This document shows, in pieces, positions 8,288 through 17,412 of a stretch of DNA of 37,470 nt (position 1 is its first letter; the number at the start of each line of letters is the position of its first letter). The stretch is taken from positions 1-37,470 of the IMG/VR virus record IMGVR_UViG_3300018492_000224; one strand, given 5' to 3'. The position numbers and the translations under genes are program-made. The DNA comes from a virus. Under the pieces are notes generated by a model. It saw only the letters and a program-made list of their open reading frames with translations, ran no database searches and had not been told where the DNA came from.

Positions 8288-8691
8288 ACAATGAGGAAAA
8301 GAAGCAGTACCTGCGCAGATATCAGGCAGCAAAGCGCAGGGCGAAAATGATTCAGGAAGAAATCGAAGAACTACGTTCCAGCAAGACAAGCCCTGTTGGG
8401 TTAGGGGATGGGTTGCCGCATGGTAGTGGTACATCTGATTTGTCTGGGTATGCAGCAAGATGGGACGAGCTGGTGAGGGAACTGGAAGCGGAAAAAGAAA
8501 TGCAGATGGTGACTTACCGGGAAATCCGTCAGCAGATCGGCATGGTTCCGGATCCAACAGAACAGGAAATCCTGTCCAGACGCTATCTGCTGGAACAGAG
8601 ATGGGAGAAAATTTCTGTGGAAATGAACTATGATTACCGGTATGTGTTAAAACTTCATGGAAAAGCACTGTTGCATTTTGAAGTTGTTTGA
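8284..8691 (+). CDS. Putative late-gene transcriptional regulator (sigma-70 region-4-like HTH, ArpU/RinA-type position)
   Basis: C-terminal EQEILSRRYLLEQRWEKISVEMNYDYRYVLKLHGKALL resembles a sigma region 4 HTH. It is the last gene before terS, which is the usual location of Firmicutes phage late activators. Confidence 0.5.
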   Translation: MNNEEKKQYLRRYQAAKRRAKMIQEEIEELRSSKTSPVGLGDGLPHGSGTSDLSGYAARWDELVRELEAEKEMQMVTYREIRQQIGMVPDPTEQEILSRRYLLEQRWEKISVEMNYDYRYVLKLHGKALLHFEVV

Positions 8692-8719
8692 AAAGGACAC
8701 ATAAAGACACATGAAAGTG

Positions 8720-8728
8720 TGCTAAAAT
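8720..8728 (+). promoter_or_regulatory. Candidate extended -10 promoter element (TGcTAAAAT)
   Basis: TG at 8720-8721 and TAAAAT at 8723-8728. No good -35. Preceded by direct repeats GACACAT at 8696 and 8706. Confidence 0.3.
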
Positions 8729-8768
8729 GTCATCGTGGAAAAAGACATAAATGCACCTCCTTTCTTTT

Positions 8769-8798
8769 GGGACGCCTTACGGGGCGTCCTTTTTCTTT
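8769..8798 (+). terminator. Intrinsic terminator between the early operon and terS
   Basis: Stem GGGACGCC (8769-8776) pairs with GGCGTCCT (8783-8790) around a 6-nt loop, followed by TTTTCTTT. Confidence 0.75.
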
Positions 8799-8823
8799 GG
8801 AGGCAGAAAGGACGGTGGAAGCT

Positions 8824-9321
8824 GTGACTGTTTCGAAAAATAAGTATGTCGGCAGACCGCCGAAATTTCGAACGAAAGAAGAAATACAGGAGAAGATAGA
8901 CGCGTATTTCAAAGAATGTGAAGGGGAATTGTTGCTGGACGATAATGGGAATCCTGTGTGTACTCCCAAAACAGGATTGGTCTATACCAAACCGCCAAAG
9001 CCACTAACGGTGACAGGTCTGGCACTCGCGTTGGGATTTGCGTCCAGACAATCCCTCATGGAATACCAAGGCAAAAAAGAATTTGCTGACACGATTATAC
9101 GCGCGAAATCCAGAATCGAAGAATATGCGGAAGCCAGATTGTTTGACCGCGATGGCGTCAACGGTGCAAAATTCAGCCTGATCAATAATTTCCGCGGCTG
9201 GGGTGAAAAGCCAGAGCAGGAACAGGATACCGGCAGCAATATGGTCGCGCTGGCTGAAATCCTCATGCGCCCCGGAAAAAATCGGAACATCCACGACTTT
9301 GAAGGGGATGACGAGGCATGA
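8824..9321 (+). CDS. Terminase small subunit
   Basis: KNKYVGRPPKFRTKEEIQEKIDAYFKEC ... LTVTGLALALGFASRQSLMEYQ is typical of TerS HTH proteins. GTG 8824 is chosen because the track start 8719 would make the protein include the terminator hairpin. Confidence 0.7.
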   Translation: MTVSKNKYVGRPPKFRTKEEIQEKIDAYFKECEGELLLDDNGNPVCTPKTGLVYTKPPKPLTVTGLALALGFASRQSLMEYQGKKEFADTIIRAKSRIEEYAEARLFDRDGVNGAKFSLINNFRGWGEKPEQEQDTGSNMVALAEILMRPGKNRNIHDFEGDDEA

Positions 9322-10580
9322 ACATTCCGGCTCCATTTTCACAGAATCAGAAAGATTATTTTGACCGTACTTTTACCCATTGGCTGAACGTAGCCGAGGG
9401 AGGAAAGCGTGGCGGGAAGAACGTAGTTAATACATTGGCATTCTGCACCAGACTGGAACGTCATCAAAGCAGGATTCACCTGATCGCTGGGGTATCCACA
9501 GCAACAGCAAAAATCAATGTGCTGGACTGTGATGGTTTCGGCATGAAAAATTTTTTTGAGGGACGCTGCCGTGAGGGGGAGTACAAAAAGCGTGATTGCC
9601 TGTATATCCAGACACCTGTTGGCGAAAAAATCGTCTTGATTTCCGGCGGCGGAAAAAGCGGCGATGAAAAGCTTATCAAAGGGAATACCTACGGCATGGC
9701 ATATGTGACAGAAGCCAATGAATGTACGGCAGACTTTATTCAGGAGGTTTTCGATAGAACGCTGACCAGTCCGGAAAGAGCAGTTTTTCACGACCTGAAC
9801 CCAAAAGGGGATGGGCATTGGTACTATAAAACAGTGCTGGACTTCCACGCCAAAAAGCAAAAGAAAAATCCCGACTATGGTTTTAACTATGGGCATTTCA
9901 CCATTGCTGATAACCTTTCTGTTTCTGACGATAACCTGCGTAAGACCCTGTCTACCTACGACAGGAAAAGTATCTGGTATGCCCGAGATATTTTGGGCTT
10001 GCGCCGCTCTCCTGAAGGTCTGATCTATGATATGTTCTCTGCAGAAAAGAATGTTTACAGCACGGCAGAAGCCCCTGTGGATATGGTCTGGCGGTCCACA
10101 AGAACGATTGCCATTGACTATGGTACCACGAATCCTTGTGTCTTTCTGGATATATATGACGATCAGGAGACGGTGCGTATCAATCGGGAATATCGTTGGG
10201 ACAGCCGAGAAGAACATCGGCAGAAAACAGATAAGGAATATGCGGACGATCTGGAAACATTCATGGGTACAGGCGGCTGTGCGGTATTGGTAGACCCCTC
10301 TGCCGCTTCCTTCATTGCGGAGCTGAAAAGCAGAGGAATTTTTGTGATAAGCGCAAAAAATGATGTACTGGACGGTATCAGAAAAACGTCCACACTCATG
10401 AGCCGTGGTCAAATTCAGATTCATCAGCAGTGTGAAGGGCTGCGGAACGAGCTGGGGGCATATCGTTGGGACGAAAAATCCAGCCAGCGAGGAGAAGAAA
10501 AGCCTGTGAAAGAACAGGACCATGGACCAGATGCGCTGCGTTATTATATCAACTCCCTGCCGGACTGGCGGGTGACATAG
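9318..10580 (+). CDS. Terminase large subunit (PBSX-type)
   Basis: Walker A-like GGKRGGKN near the N-terminus, 420 aa, with a C-terminal nuclease-like region (DHGPDALRY). Position is between TerS and portal. Confidence 0.85.
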   Translation: MNIPAPFSQNQKDYFDRTFTHWLNVAEGGKRGGKNVVNTLAFCTRLERHQSRIHLIAGVSTATAKINVLDCDGFGMKNFFEGRCREGEYKKRDCLYIQTPVGEKIVLISGGGKSGDEKLIKGNTYGMAYVTEANECTADFIQEVFDRTLTSPERAVFHDLNPKGDGHWYYKTVLDFHAKKQKKNPDYGFNYGHFTIADNLSVSDDNLRKTLSTYDRKSIWYARDILGLRRSPEGLIYDMFSAEKNVYSTAEAPVDMVWRSTRTIAIDYGTTNPCVFLDIYDDQETVRINREYRWDSREEHRQKTDKEYADDLETFMGTGGCAVLVDPSAASFIAELKSRGIFVISAKNDVLDGIRKTSTLMSRGQIQIHQQCEGLRNELGAYRWDEKSSQRGEEKPVKEQDHGPDALRYYINSLPDWRVT

Positions 10581-10592
10581 GAGGTGGGAAGA

Positions 10593-11999
10593 TTGTCCCG
10601 CAAGAAAAAAAAGACAACCGGCACAGCAAAGCCGGTACAGACAGCGGATGCGTTTAGCAATCCGCTTTTTCATTTGGGTTACGGCTCCCAATCTCCATTG
10701 GAAGCAACAGAGTACCCATTGACCCGCATGACATACGACTATGCCCTTCTGAACAGCCTGTATCGCTCAAACTGGGTGGTACAGAATGTAGTGGGTATTA
10801 TACCGGATGATATGCTGCGGGAAGGCTTTACGGTATCCGGTTCTATTGCTCCAAAGTATCAGCAGGAACTTGACCGCTGTTTGCGGCAGACGCAGCTGTA
10901 TGACCGCATCAATGAGGGGATGCGCTGGGGCAGGCTGTATGGCGGCGCGGCTGGATTGATTTTGATTCGAGGGCAGGAAGATTTGTCCAAACCGCTTGAA
11001 CTGGACACCATACTTCCGGGTACCTTTGCCGGGCTGTATATCGTTGACCGATGGTCCGGCATCACACCCGGTATGGAATTGGTTTCTGATTTGGCAGACC
11101 CTGATTTTGGCTTGCCCAAATACTATGACATCAATATGGCAGATGGCAGTACGGTGGTATCTGTACATCATTCCCGCATTATCCGATTTGTCGGTCGGGA
11201 ACTGCCTTATCTGGAAAAAATGGCAGAAATGTACTGGGGAGAATCTGAAGTGGAAGCCCTCTATGCGGATGTTGTGAAACATGACAACGTGGCAGCGAAT
11301 ATGGCTGCTTTGACATTCCGTGCCAATGTGGATTCCATGGAAGTGGAAAATCTGGATCAGCTTTTTTCCGTTGCGCCCAGTGCCATCCAGCAGCGTTTTT
11401 GGAATATGATGCTGGCGCAGAGCGTATTGAAATCCAATTTCGGTATGCAGCTGGTGAATAAAGGCGATGCGGTGAAAAATACCCAGTACACCTTTACGGG
11501 TTTACAGGAGATCTATGACAGTATGTGCCTTGACTTATCCGGTGCCAGCAGGATTCCAGTGACAAAGCTGTTTGGACGTGCGCCCGCAGGGTTAAACGCT
11601 ACTGGAGAAAGTGATCTGCAAAATTATTATGATTACGTGGACACGTTGCGTGAAAGTAAACTTCGCCCCATTCTGGAAAAGCTGCTGCCCATCATTGCCA
11701 TGAGCGTGTGGGGCGGCGTTCCGGAAGACATGGATATCCAGTTCCCGCCACTTTGGACGCCGACAGCCAAAGAAGTGGCAGAGATAGCAAAGGCAAAAGC
11801 CGAAACCATCATTGCCGCTTTTCAGGCAAACCTATTGGATCAGGCAACTGCTCAGCGCGAACTGAAAAAACTGGCAGAAGAAACTTCTATGTTTGACAGT
11901 ATTTCCGAAGAAACCATCAAGAAAAATGAGGGAAAGACCTTTCAGGATGTGACGGCTCTGCGTGACCCGCTTATGGGATTTGGATTTGAGGAGGCGTGA
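10593..11999 (+). CDS. Portal protein (DUF1073-like)
   Basis: About 468-aa ORF directly after TerL. TTG 10593 lies 8 nt after AGGAGG (10579-10584); the track GTG 10584 abuts the SD. Family call is by resemblance only. Confidence 0.7.
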   Translation: MSRKKKKTTGTAKPVQTADAFSNPLFHLGYGSQSPLEATEYPLTRMTYDYALLNSLYRSNWVVQNVVGIIPDDMLREGFTVSGSIAPKYQQELDRCLRQTQLYDRINEGMRWGRLYGGAAGLILIRGQEDLSKPLELDTILPGTFAGLYIVDRWSGITPGMELVSDLADPDFGLPKYYDINMADGSTVVSVHHSRIIRFVGRELPYLEKMAEMYWGESEVEALYADVVKHDNVAANMAALTFRANVDSMEVENLDQLFSVAPSAIQQRFWNMMLAQSVLKSNFGMQLVNKGDAVKNTQYTFTGLQEIYDSMCLDLSGASRIPVTKLFGRAPAGLNATGESDLQNYYDYVDTLRESKLRPILEKLLPIIAMSVWGGVPEDMDIQFPPLWTPTAKEVAEIAKAKAETIIAAFQANLLDQATAQRELKKLAEETSMFDSISEETIKKNEGKTFQDVTALRDPLMGFGFEEA

Positions 12000-12002
12000 T
12001 AG

Positions 12003-13160
12003 ATGCCAATTCAAAAATCACCAAACGAAAAAGAACTGGAAAAGCTGATTGCCATATTCCTGCGAACGGAAACAGCCATTATCAATGAAATTGGGCGGCT
12101 GCGTTCTCAAGGCTTAGTCGATTATCACGCCGTTGCCGCCCTGAACCGGATACAGGCTATCTTGAAACAGATGGAAACAGACTGTTGGGAATATGTACCA
12201 AAGATGGTGGAACAGCAGTTTTATGTTCGGGTGCCGGAAGCCAGGAAGATATTGGAACCGGTGGACAAACATGTCTGTGGATATGAAAACGCGGAGGCGT
12301 TGACTGCTACACAGTACAGCATTATGGACCGACTGGTGACCAATCTCATGGGAGAAATTGTGGAAGCGTCAGGAATGGCACAGAACACCCTGCAAAATGC
12401 CCTAATCGGCAGAACGCAGGGGGATATTTTCCGCCGGGTTACTTTGGGGACATTAGCCCAGACACAAGCCATGGGGAAAGGCGCCCAGAAAGCCGCAAAT
12501 GATATTTTTCAGGCATTGGCAAGGGAAGGCGTGACTGCCTTCGTGGATAAATCTGGAAGGAGATGGAGCCTACATACCTATTGCAGCATGGTGGCACGAA
12601 CCACCAGCAGACAGGCGGAAGTGCTGGCAACACTGACAGCAGACGAAGAACACGACCTGTACAAGATAAGCAGCCATGGGACTACTTGCAAAATCTGTGC
12701 GCCGCTGGAAGGTCGGGTTTATAGCAAGAGCGGAAAAGACCCAAACTTCCCACCGCTATCTTCTGCCTTTGGGAAGATTGACCCAACAGGTCCCAATGAT
12801 CTGACCAACAGTTATTTGAATATCCATCCAAGCTGCCTTCATGTGCTGATGCCATGGACACCGGCAGGCAGAAGTGAAGAAGAAATAGAGAAAATCAAAG
12901 ATTTTTCCAGTTTCAAAAAGAACCCACCCACCATGGACCCCAGAACTCAAAAGCAGATAGACGCCTACCGAAAAAAGGAAACGGCAAGGGCTGACTGGCT
13001 GCGGGACTATCGGCAGTGGGAAACATACCGCATGACGCTGGGGGATCAAGTGCCTAAGACATTTGAAGCCTTCCGGAAACATAAGCGGCTGGGGGATGAT
13101 AAGTACAAGAAATGGATGCAGTTATATCGCAAGGAGGGAAGGGACACCGATGAAAAATAA
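12003..13160 (+). CDS. Head morphogenesis / minor capsid protein (SPP1 gp7 / Mu F-like)
   Basis: Position after portal. Motif TCKICAPLEGRVY is typical of the gp7 family. Confidence 0.7.
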   Translation: MPIQKSPNEKELEKLIAIFLRTETAIINEIGRLRSQGLVDYHAVAALNRIQAILKQMETDCWEYVPKMVEQQFYVRVPEARKILEPVDKHVCGYENAEALTATQYSIMDRLVTNLMGEIVEASGMAQNTLQNALIGRTQGDIFRRVTLGTLAQTQAMGKGAQKAANDIFQALAREGVTAFVDKSGRRWSLHTYCSMVARTTSRQAEVLATLTADEEHDLYKISSHGTTCKICAPLEGRVYSKSGKDPNFPPLSSAFGKIDPTGPNDLTNSYLNIHPSCLHVLMPWTPAGRSEEEIEKIKDFSSFKKNPPTMDPRTQKQIDAYRKKETARADWLRDYRQWETYRMTLGDQVPKTFEAFRKHKRLGDDKYKKWMQLYRKEGRDTDEK

Positions 13161-13236
13161 TTACAGTGTAAGGTCAGGATTGGCGCCCAAGAAGCCGCCA
13201 CCCCCACCACCAGAATTACCAGAAAGGAGAGGCACT

Positions 13237-13461
13237 ATGGAAGGATATGTTGAACTTTTGAAGAAAGCCCTTGCGGCTGAAACAGAAACAGTACGCCTTT
13301 ATACAGCAATTCTTGCGCTGGCACCACAAAAGCATGTAACAAAGCTGCTGGAAATCAATGCAGACGAAACAGACCATCAGAGCATTCTGTCTGATATGTT
13401 GGTGGAAGCATTGACAGGGCAGAGTGCAGATCAGGAAAAACTGGTACCGGGGGTGAGATAG
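13237..13461 (+). CDS. Small hypothetical protein
   Basis: ATG 13237 lies 7 nt after AAAGGAGAGG. An alternative ATG at 13150 would add a poly-Pro leader. Sequence MEGYVELLKKALAAETETVRLY...ADETDHQSIL. Confidence 0.45.
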   Translation: MEGYVELLKKALAAETETVRLYTAILALAPQKHVTKLLEINADETDHQSILSDMLVEALTGQSADQEKLVPGVR

Positions 13462-14643
13462 ATGCTGACATATTACGGTACCGAAATCAGCCCCAACCAG
13501 ACAAAAACGGATGAGGGCTTTTTGATTTGCAAAAATGTTCCCATTGCCCGTACAGGTACCATGGAATATCTGGCAAGGGAACTTGGTCTGGACGGCGATC
13601 CGGAAAGAATCGTCACGGTCAATCGCTACGAGGAGGATGTTTTCTCTCCGGCTGCAATGGCGTCTTTTGAGGGAAAGATCGTCACAGACAATCATCCGCC
13701 CGACAATCTTCTGCCGGAAACAGCAGGAGCGTACAGTCGGGGGCATGTCCAGAACGTGCGCAGGGAAGGTGACAAGCTGGTGGCAGACTTGCATATCACA
13801 GATGCGTCTCTCATTAGTGACATTGAAAATGGTGTGAAACGGGAGGTTTCCTGCGGTTATACTTGCATTTATGTACCTGATGGAAACGGGTACCGACAAA
13901 CACAAATCAGAGGGAACCATGTGGCGGTGGTACCGGCTGGGCGTGCTGGGCATGAGGTAGCCATCAAAGATAAACAACCAGAAAGAGGAGTGAATCACAT
14001 GAGTAAATTCAGAACAGAGATTTTGAAGCTCTTTGGGAGCGCGGCAAAAGATGCCAATCCTGAAGAACTGGAAAAAATGGTAGAAACAACGGCAACGGCA
14101 CTGGATGCAGAGGCGGCACCAGCTCCTGCGGCTGAACCGGAAAAGAAAACGGAAGAACAGCCCAAAGAAACAGAAGATGGTATGCAGGGTGGCGATCTTG
14201 GTGCAAAGCTGGATAAACTCATCGAAATGATGGGGGCTTTCATGGAAAATCAGATGGACAAAAAGAAAATGTCCGATGAATCCGACATTGACAAGGAAAT
14301 TGCCCGTCTGATCGGGGAAGAACCTGCAGCAGAGCCGGAAAAGGCAGTTACCATTTCTGCGGAAGAAATGGAAGACAAAAAATGTACTGCCGGTGATGCT
14401 TTCACCGCAGAGCTTCTGAAAAAAATTCGTCCGGCTGTGGCAGCTATTGAAAATAAGGATGAACGCGCCCGTGTCGTAGATGCGGTACTGTCTTCCATCC
14501 GTTCCGGCAATATGGGGGCAGATATCCTTGCCGCTACTCAGGACAGCGCAAAGAAAGCATCCAGCCAGCGTAAAGACATGAGTACCATTTGCGCAGAGCA
14601 GAAGGAAGCTTATGCCAAATTCAATCCACACTTAAACAAATAA
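13462..14643 (+). CDS. Putative capsid scaffolding / prohead-core protein (DUF2213-like)
   Basis: N-terminal MLTYYGTEISPNQ...FLICKNVPIARTGTMEY...GKIVTDNHP resembles DUF2213. The Ala/Glu/Lys-rich acidic C-terminal half is typical of scaffolds. Position is before the capsid genes. Confidence 0.6.
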   Translation: MLTYYGTEISPNQTKTDEGFLICKNVPIARTGTMEYLARELGLDGDPERIVTVNRYEEDVFSPAAMASFEGKIVTDNHPPDNLLPETAGAYSRGHVQNVRREGDKLVADLHITDASLISDIENGVKREVSCGYTCIYVPDGNGYRQTQIRGNHVAVVPAGRAGHEVAIKDKQPERGVNHMSKFRTEILKLFGSAAKDANPEELEKMVETTATALDAEAAPAPAAEPEKKTEEQPKETEDGMQGGDLGAKLDKLIEMMGAFMENQMDKKKMSDESDIDKEIARLIGEEPAAEPEKAVTISAEEMEDKKCTAGDAFTAELLKKIRPAVAAIENKDERARVVDAVLSSIRSGNMGADILAATQDSAKKASSQRKDMSTICAEQKEAYAKFNPHLNK

Positions 14644-14655
14644 GGCGGTGAGCGT

Positions 14656-15468
14656 ATGGGTTTACAAACACAATCCATTGGAAAAAGCATGCAGTATGGT
14701 TTTGCTGGTTCTTTTTCCAGACAGCCTGATATGATCGTCAATACTGCGCCTTTGGGCGGAGAAACGCCAATCCTGTTTGGTACAGCGCTAAAACGTGGAG
14801 AGAATGGTGCAGTCTTGCCAATGGGAGCAGGGGACACAGCCAATCAGTTCATTGGGATTGCTGGGCGCGAAGTCAAAACTGCAGTAGACTATCTGGCACA
14901 GAGTACAGGAGCTTATTTCCTGGAAGACGCTGTGTCTGTATTCCAGCGTGGGAGCATCAATGTGCTGTGCCAAAGGGGAACCCCTGTCATTGATGGCAAA
15001 GTATATGTCAGAGTGGCAGAAAATCCGTTATTTGCAGATGCTATGGTTGGCGGTCTGGAAGCTACAGAAGATGGGGAAAATACTATCCAGCTGGTGAATG
15101 CCCAGTGGAATGGTTCTGCCGATGAAAACGGCATTGCTGAATTAAGAATCGCATATATCGGACCAACAGAAGGCGCAGCAGGACCACAAGGTCCTATGGG
15201 ACCAGCCGGACCAAAAGGAGAAACGGGTCCACAGGGACCAGCGGGTGAAAAAGGGGAAACTGGGGCACAAGGTCCTCAGGGTGAACCCGGACCAGCAGGT
15301 CCACAAGGACCGGCAGGACCTTCTTATACCCTTCCGGCTGCCACACCAGAGGCTTTGGGAGGAGTAAAGCAGATGCCTGCTATTGCCAATATTGCTGCGG
15401 CACCTACTCAGGAGGATTTTAACGGTCTTCTGGAAAAATTGCGAGCAGCTGGTTATTTACAGAATTAA
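14656..15468 (+). CDS. Capsid decoration/cement-like protein with collagen-like repeat and C-terminal fibre module
   Basis: The N-terminal 165 aa is paralogous to the next gene. It is followed by 17 Gly-X-Y triplets and a tail [15 protein letters not shown]...[17 protein letters not shown]. Confidence 0.6.
   Translation: MGLQTQSIGKSMQYGFAGSFSRQPDMIVNTAPLGGETPILFGTALKRGENGAVLPMGAGDTANQFIGIAGREVKTAVDYLAQSTGAYFLEDAVSVFQRGSINVLCQRGTPVIDGKVYVRVAENPLFADAMVGGLEATEDGENTIQLVNAQWNGSADENGIAELRIAYIGPTEGAAGPQGPMGPAGPKGETGPQGPAGEKGETGAQGPQGEPGPAGPQGPAGPSYTLPAATPEALGGVKQMPAIANIAAAPTQEDFNGLLEKLRAAGYLQN
15172..15324 (+). repeat. Collagen-like (Gly-X-Y)x17 coding repeat
   Basis: [51 protein letters not shown], aa 173-223 of the 14656 gene. 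Confidence 0.9.
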
Positions 15469-15486
15469 AAAAGGAGTGTGAAAGAT

Positions 15487-16005
15487 ATGGGACTGAATAC
15501 ACAGGTAATCGGCACTGGTATGCCGAATGGTCAGGCTGGTTCTTATGCCAGACAGCCTGATATGATTATCAACACAAGACCCGCAGGAGGAAGCACAAAT
15601 ATTCCTTTCGGCGCACCACTGGAATATGCCGCTGACGGTGTGACAGTGGTACAGATGGGGGCGTCTTCCACAGCGGATAAGTTTGTGGGCATTGCTGCCA
15701 GAGAGGTGAAAAGCTCTCTGAACTATCTGAATCAGGGGCAGGGTGAATACGCACCCGCAGAAGCGGTACCTGTATTCCAGAGAGGCAGCATCAATGTTTT
15801 CTGCCAGAGAGGTACTGCAAAGCTGGGCGGTAAAGTTTATGTCCGTACAACAGAAAATGGCAGCTTCTCTACTGCTAAGGTTGGTGGATTCGAGGCAGAA
15901 GACGACAGCGGCAAAGTAGTAGAATTGACCAACTGTCAGTGGGCAGGTCCTGCAGATGCCAATGGTATTGCAGAACTGCGCATCCTGACTATGAACAATG
16001 CGTAA
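15487..16005 (+). CDS. Capsid decoration/cement-like protein (short paralog)
   Basis: MGLNTQVIGTGM... aligns along its whole length with [12 protein letters not shown]... of the previous gene. Shared blocks are [28 protein letters not shown] and [11 protein letters not shown] 15487 lies 10 nt after GGAG. Confidence 0.6.
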   Translation: MGLNTQVIGTGMPNGQAGSYARQPDMIINTRPAGGSTNIPFGAPLEYAADGVTVVQMGASSTADKFVGIAAREVKSSLNYLNQGQGEYAPAEAVPVFQRGSINVFCQRGTAKLGGKVYVRTTENGSFSTAKVGGFEAEDDSGKVVELTNCQWAGPADANGIAELRILTMNNA

Positions 16006-16017
16006 GGAGGGAACGAT

Positions 16018-17061
16018 ATGAGTTATAACAATATGGGTGTCTTTGACGGTGGTATCATTACTCCCAAACAGACACAGCCAGTGGGTATGCCTGTAATGGA
16101 CGCAGCAGGGATTGCTTCCGGCAATGCGTTTTTGACTTCTGAACTGGAAAAAAGAGATCCAATCATCCGGCAGCCTCTGACCAGTGTGACATATCCTAGA
16201 GATGTACCTATCGAAACAGGCGGCGGTTGGGTAGATTTTGCCTCTGCCTTGTCTGTGCAATATGGTGTAACAGGTGGTAGTGGTGACAGCCCTATCACAG
16301 CGGGTGGCGCAAACGGTATTCCTATTGTACAGGCTTCTCTGGACAAAGGGCTGTTTAAGGCGCATGTATATTCTGTGGCACTGCGTATCATGTTTGTGGA
16401 TATGCAGAAATCTAGCTACATTGGCAGAAGTCTGGATCAGCTGCTTCAGGAGGGTGTCCGCCTGAGCTATGACAAACATATGGACGAGAACGTCTATGCT
16501 GGTTTTGCGCAGTATGGTACATACGGTCTGGTAAATCATCCTGACGTGACAGAAACCACTGTGGCAGATGGTGCGAAAGGCACAACCAACTGGAAGGACA
16601 AAACACCTGACGAAATCCTGCTGGACATCAATACTGCCATTTCTGCCACTTGGGCGGCGGCTGGTTATGACAGCGCAGCTATTCCCAACCACATTTTGGT
16701 ACCTTATGAACAGTATCTGTATCTGGTGAATACCAAGGTTTCTGAACTGGCAACCAAAAGTATTTTGGACTATCTGCTGGAAAACAACATCGTAAACAAA
16801 GAAGACAAAGGTCAGCTGTATATCGGTGCAACAGCATGGTGTAAGGGTGCAGGTACCGGCGGTAAAGACAGAATGGTCGTTTATGTGAACCATGAACGCT
16901 ATATTGGTCTGGATGAGCTGGTTCCCCTGAACAGAATCATGACACAGCCCAATGTGGCGCATGTGTGCTATGACACCGCGTATATGGCGAATATTTCCGA
17001 AATCAAAATGATGTATCCTAACACCGTGACATATTGGGACGGCATTGGCGGCGACGAATAA
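16018..17061 (+). CDS. Major capsid protein (DUF2184-like)
   Basis: 347-aa ORF after the scaffold and decoration genes, with a strong AAGGAGGG SD. The family call is by resemblance and gene order. Confidence 0.7.
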   Translation: MSYNNMGVFDGGIITPKQTQPVGMPVMDAAGIASGNAFLTSELEKRDPIIRQPLTSVTYPRDVPIETGGGWVDFASALSVQYGVTGGSGDSPITAGGANGIPIVQASLDKGLFKAHVYSVALRIMFVDMQKSSYIGRSLDQLLQEGVRLSYDKHMDENVYAGFAQYGTYGLVNHPDVTETTVADGAKGTTNWKDKTPDEILLDINTAISATWAAAGYDSAAIPNHILVPYEQYLYLVNTKVSELATKSILDYLLENNIVNKEDKGQLYIGATAWCKGAGTGGKDRMVVYVNHERYIGLDELVPLNRIMTQPNVAHVCYDTAYMANISEIKMMYPNTVTYWDGIGGDE

Positions 17062-17074
17062 GGAGGTATGAAAG

Positions 17075-17401
17075 ATGGCAACAGTTATCATTTCAAAACG
17101 AAACATCATCATCCCTAGCTCTGATGGCAGACAGGCATATCCGATCCCCAAAGATTACATCGGCTCTGTGCCTGATTGGGTGACAAAAACAAAATACTTC
17201 AAAGAACTGGTGAAAGACGGGAAGATTGCAGTTTCTTCCACCACAAAGGACAGCGCGCTGGAACAGGCGGATGCAGAAGCAGAAAAGGCAGAACAGGAAG
17301 CCAGAGAAAAAGCCAAAGCCGCCGCAGAAGCAGAAAAGGCAGAACAGGAAGCTGCTGAAAAGTCTGAAGAAACAGAGAAACCTGAGAGAAAGAAGAAATG
17401 A
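17075..17401 (+). CDS. Hypothetical head-associated protein with Ala/Glu/Lys-rich tail
   Basis: 108-aa ORF with AAGGAGG upstream. Contains the duplicated AEAEKAEQEA segment. Confidence 0.55.
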   Translation: MATVIISKRNIIIPSSDGRQAYPIPKDYIGSVPDWVTKTKYFKELVKDGKIAVSSTTKDSALEQADAEAEKAEQEAREKAKAAAEAEKAEQEAAEKSEETEKPERKKK

Positions 17402-17412
17402 GGTGATGCGGG

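Noticed and set aside
8719-8823. N-terminal 35 codons of the track ORF 8719..9321
   Set aside because: This extension would translate through the intrinsic terminator hairpin and its T-tract. TerS homology begins after GTG 8824.
9339-10691. 450-aa minus-strand ORF opposite terL/portal
   Set aside because: It is an antisense shadow of well-supported + strand genes, with the same skewed composition and no start context.
13150-13236. Alternative start ATG 13150 giving a leader with PPPPPPP
   Set aside because: It is possible because it overlaps the upstream stop. However, the poly-Pro leader looks non-functional, and ATG 13237 has a much better SD. It is kept as an alternative only.
13216-14631. 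471-aa minus-strand ORF opposite the scaffold gene
   Set aside because: It is an antisense shadow. The + strand gene has a strong SD, coupling and recognisable family features.
15457-17151. 564-aa ORF on the minus strand, the longest in that orientation
   Set aside because: It lies exactly antisense to the decoration and major-capsid genes. It is Cys/His/Ile/Phe-rich with no SD or recognisable domain. It is explained by the sense genes avoiding TTA/CTA/TCA codons, so it is a shadow ORF.
17273-17352. 29-bp direct repeat (gcagaagcagaaaaggcagaacaggaagc at 17273 and 17324)
   Set aside because: It lies inside a coding region and simply encodes the duplicated AEAEKAEQEA helix segment. There is no sign of a regulatory or mobile role.
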